Source of the DNA: Octopus sinensis
Taxonomy: Eukaryota
Assembly (NCBI RefSeq): GCF_006345805.1
Contig: NC_042998.1
Span: 122,078,001-122,142,000 of the forward strand
Direction of reading: 5' to 3'
Length of the DNA: 64,000 nucleotides
Position 1 is the stretch's first letter. Each line of letters starts with the position of its first letter. Both the position numbers and the translations under genes were made by a program. The notes below the pieces were generated by a model that worked only from the letters and a program-made list of their open reading frames with translations, was not told the DNA's origin and ran no database searches. This document shows, one piece after another, positions 60,576-64,000 of the stretch.

Positions 60576-62748
60576 TTATGTAACTAGTATGTAGATACCA
60601 CAAGCATAGAGTACAACATATTAAAAGTGCAAGTATTCATGATAAAAATCAATAACATAAGACCCATTCACATATTTATGTATACATTCTACTACCAGTC
60701 TCACAAAATGTCTTACCACTACAAACTTCAACAAATATTTTCAACTTCTTAATGCTTACAATACATCAGTAACCCACAAGAATATGGTGAATAATCTTCC
60801 AATACCAATCACCATTACAACACATATGCACACATGCATCAATGAAGCAGAAACACTTTTATAAATTTCAATAAAACTCAGTGGAAGTAATTCTATGTGA
60901 GACAAGAATATTGTCAGCAGAAATCAACAATTCCACAAGCATAAACTAAGGCTAGGGGTGTATACATTCAATAAAATAATTTTGGAAACATTTTAAATAG
61001 GTTGGTAGGAATGGATAGTTAAGATAATAATTTGCCTGCAATTATACCACATTAATTATATGAGCAAAATTACTGATCGAATATGTTATTGGACTACCAG
61101 CATACAGGTTTTGAATTTAAATCTATTTTAAGTGCTGCATTGCATATTTGAACAATGCACTTAACATTGGAAAAAGATGCTGCAATAAACTAGCATTCTG
61201 TCCAGGAGTAGTTTTATCCTTTTTTTTGTTAAACATCAAATTAAAGCTGTCCAAAATAAACAATAGACCTTATGACCAACATCCACACCACAGAAGCATT
61301 TCCAGTTTACATATCACACTATGATATTAACTTGTTGCTAATAATAGTGTTAAAGTATTTATCTAATTCATAACAATCATACATTGAATAGCAACCGCTA
61401 TTAAAGCAAATCTGCTTTCTTTTCATATCTGTATACACAACTACTAGTTGTCATCTGATCTAATGACTCATACACAGCTGGTTTATTTTAGTTCCGATCA
61501 CTAACAAACTATGGATTAGCTCTTAATCAGTAACTTTCCACAATTTTCTTTTTTTTTTTGACAAATATACCAATTTGACAATCAGATAAATATTGAAGTT
61601 TATTACAAATATCTACAAAGTTTTACTTTTACTCATTGCCATTTTTAGTCATACATATACAAATAAACTAAGCTCCCTTTCTGCACTCACATGGCATAGT
61701 ATCCATTACCATTTATTCTTATTACGGAAACATTGCCATTTTGTCTCAATGCACCAATTGAAATAACTGCACCCTAAATTGATGCACTCTATGATAGTCA
61801 TTATTTCAATGAGGAAATTATGAGGAAATAAAAAAAGAAAACAATTTTAACAAACTTTTCCTTCATGGCATTTCTGAAAAGATCATTAAGATATCAGTTT
61901 CCTTTCTTCAAGGAATCAAAGATGAAGTAGAAAGATAGTTCCCATGAAAGATCAACTCTAATTGGCTCCAAAAACCAACAGATGCACTAATGTAGTTTAA
62001 GAGTGGAATCCAATAATAGTTAAAAATGCTGTGGGTAAGATTGGATAGGAATTGTATTAGAAGTTAAAATGCTTCCTTGAAATATAGTTTTCCCAAGAAA
62101 TAAATGTTTTCAGAAATTGTTCATGTCTATCTGGCTTTACTGTTTAATAATTATTTTCTAAAGTGAACTGAAAATTCATTATAATGTAAAAAAATGCACC
62201 AAAGACATGAGAGACTTTCAACATGAAAGTAGTTAGCTTTAGTTTTACAATGACTAAACCAATGAGAGATCAGTCTCCTGCTGGATACAATTTTTACATT
62301 ACATAAATTTCCCAGGTAATCTGGTGTACATTCATAATAAATTGAAACTAAAGAATGTAAAAAAATTAAATACACAACCCAAATACAAAATAGAATGACA
62401 GTTATGTTCATTACTATTTAGTTGTTGAGCCTCCCTGCTCCCATGATTATTGTCATCATGCACTGTGACAAGAGTAAGTCAGCCTGGATATTCAAGTTCA
62501 CTTGTTTCTTATATGATACCTATGTGCTGATTTGAACTTAAAATACATACTAAGGTATCCTCTGCTTTCAAATGTACTTGTTGAGATAAGCAAAAGGTGG
62601 GGGGGGGGACTTCTATGTGGTTGCTCAATGGGCTAGAAATAAAACCAAATGTTTCTTAAATCATTAGTGCCTTAAGAAGGGAAAAACACAATTGACCAAT
62701 GTATTCCAAGATACGGAAATAACGTGTCATTCGGTCAAGATATATATT

Positions 62749-63925
62749 TTCGGTTGTCAAGTATGAAAGTTGTAGAAAAGTTTGCTAATGTTTTATAAAT
62801 ACAAAGAACAGTTTTATTCATCAGAGTATGCACCCATATTGTCAATACACTTTTGCCATTTCAGTGGTAGCTTGTCCAGCTTGGAACCGTAAAAGCCTGG
62901 CAATCTAGAGTCAATAAAATCTTGGAAGGCCTGTTTTACATCAACAGAATTAAATTTTTTTCCTATCAAAAAGTTATCCAAATTCTGGAAAAAGTGGTAG
63001 TCAGTGGGGGCAAGATCAAGTGAGTATGGTGGATGATAGAGAACTTCCAACTCCAACCCCTGTAGTTTCACCAATGTCCTTTTTGCGATGTGTGGACTGG
63101 CGTTGTCTTGCAATAAAATAGGAGTGGATCTGTTGACTAATCTAGGCTGTTTTTGTGTAAGTTTCTGCATCACTTGGTCCAGTTGCCTGTAGTATACTTT
63201 GGCCATGATTGATGAGCCAGATTTAATGAAATCGTAATGGATCACATTTGTGCCAGACCACCAAACACATACCATCAGCTTCTTTCGATGAATTTTGCTT
63301 TTTGGACTGTATTTTGGTGGCTCATTTTTGACCAACCATTGTGCTGAACGTTTACAGTTGTTGTATTGGATCCATTTCTCATTTTTGTGATGAGAAAGTA
63401 GCATAATGCAGGCTTCCAAATGTTGTTGTTTCTAATTTTCATTGAGTTCATGTGGAACCCATTTATCCAAATTTTTCACTTTCCGATTTGCTAACACCAA
63501 ACAACAACAATAATTCACAGGCACTTTGAGATGGAGCTGACTTGACTGTGGCTTTCAGTTCATCATTTTCCACCTTTGTTTCTGGTTGACCGTGTTGCTC
63601 ATTTGTGAGATCAAAGTCACCAGAACGAAATTTTGCAAACCAATTTGATACTGTCTGCTGTGTAATAACATTAGAATGAAATACTTCATGAATATTCAGA
63701 GCAGTCTGTGATGCTGTATTTCCAAGAAAGAATTCATATTTCAAAATTACAAATTTCCGACTTATCCATCTCTAAACCAAAATAGCAAAAAACGAATTAT
63801 AAATATTTCATAAAGCGCAAAATGATTTAGAATAAAGAAATAGATGTGTCAGCTTTTTAACAAAAAATAAAGATTGTCAAGATATATAATAATGGCGCAA
63901 AATGAGCAGCTGTCAAAGTTTACAG
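62749..63925 (-). mobile_element. mariner (DD34D) transposon copy
   Basis: Probable TIR remnant TTCGGTTGTCAAGTATGAAAG at the left end. The right end is not recognisable and abuts an RTE tail at 63930. Confidence 0.75.
62814..63744 (-). pseudogene. mariner transposase pseudogene
   Basis: N-terminal HTH region (WFAKFRSGDFDL), WVPHEL near 63445, LLQDNASPH and YSLDLAPTDY with 34 residues between the last two Asp. Has an in-frame stop, a frameshift, and lacks the segment carrying the first catalytic Asp. Confidence 0.9.
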
Positions 63926-64000
63926 TATACATCATCATCGTTTAGCATCCGCTTTCCATGCTAGCATGGGTTAAACGGTTCAACTGGGGTCCGGGAAGCC

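Noticed and set aside
60159-60603. Long Y/I/C/V/M-rich ORFs (also 26724-27161, 28349-28795, 19807-20140)
   Set aside because: TA/CA/GT microsatellites lack stop codons in some frames.

Overview
AT-rich, microsatellite-dense eukaryotic DNA, most likely from a coleoid cephalopod (probably Octopus). This is inferred from my recognition of the SINE families and the composition, not from a database search. I found no recognisable host protein-coding gene, rRNA, true tRNA or CRISPR array, and almost all supplied ORFs are microsatellite or transposon artefacts. The window is intergenic or deep-intronic and is filled with transposon debris. Retroelements: at least three tRNA-derived SINE families, many RTE-LINE 3' tails, a frameshifted CR1-group LINE reverse transcriptase (41.6-43.5 kb), R4/Dong/NeSL-like restriction-endonuclease LINE fragments and Penelope-like GIY-YIG relics. 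DNA elements: two DD37D (maT) Tc1/mariner deletion derivatives, a DD34D mariner pseudogene, a TTAA-flanked MITE, a long-TIR foldback element and DINE-1/HINE-like rolling-circle elements. The most interesting signal is a candidate type I hammerhead ribozyme at 48050-48091 with an extended stem I and a palindromic stem III. It heads a ~270-nt hairpin-rich insertion that may be a Penelope pLTR or a retrozyme. Two further degenerate hammerhead-like motifs occur (48816-48853, inside a 160-bp palindrome, and 20850-20884 on the minus strand). The window also has several foldback and inverted-SINE structures that would form dsRNA if transcribed, and a tentative four-exon minus-strand unit at 17.0-18.2 kb. 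Repeat boundaries are approximate unless a target-site duplication is given.
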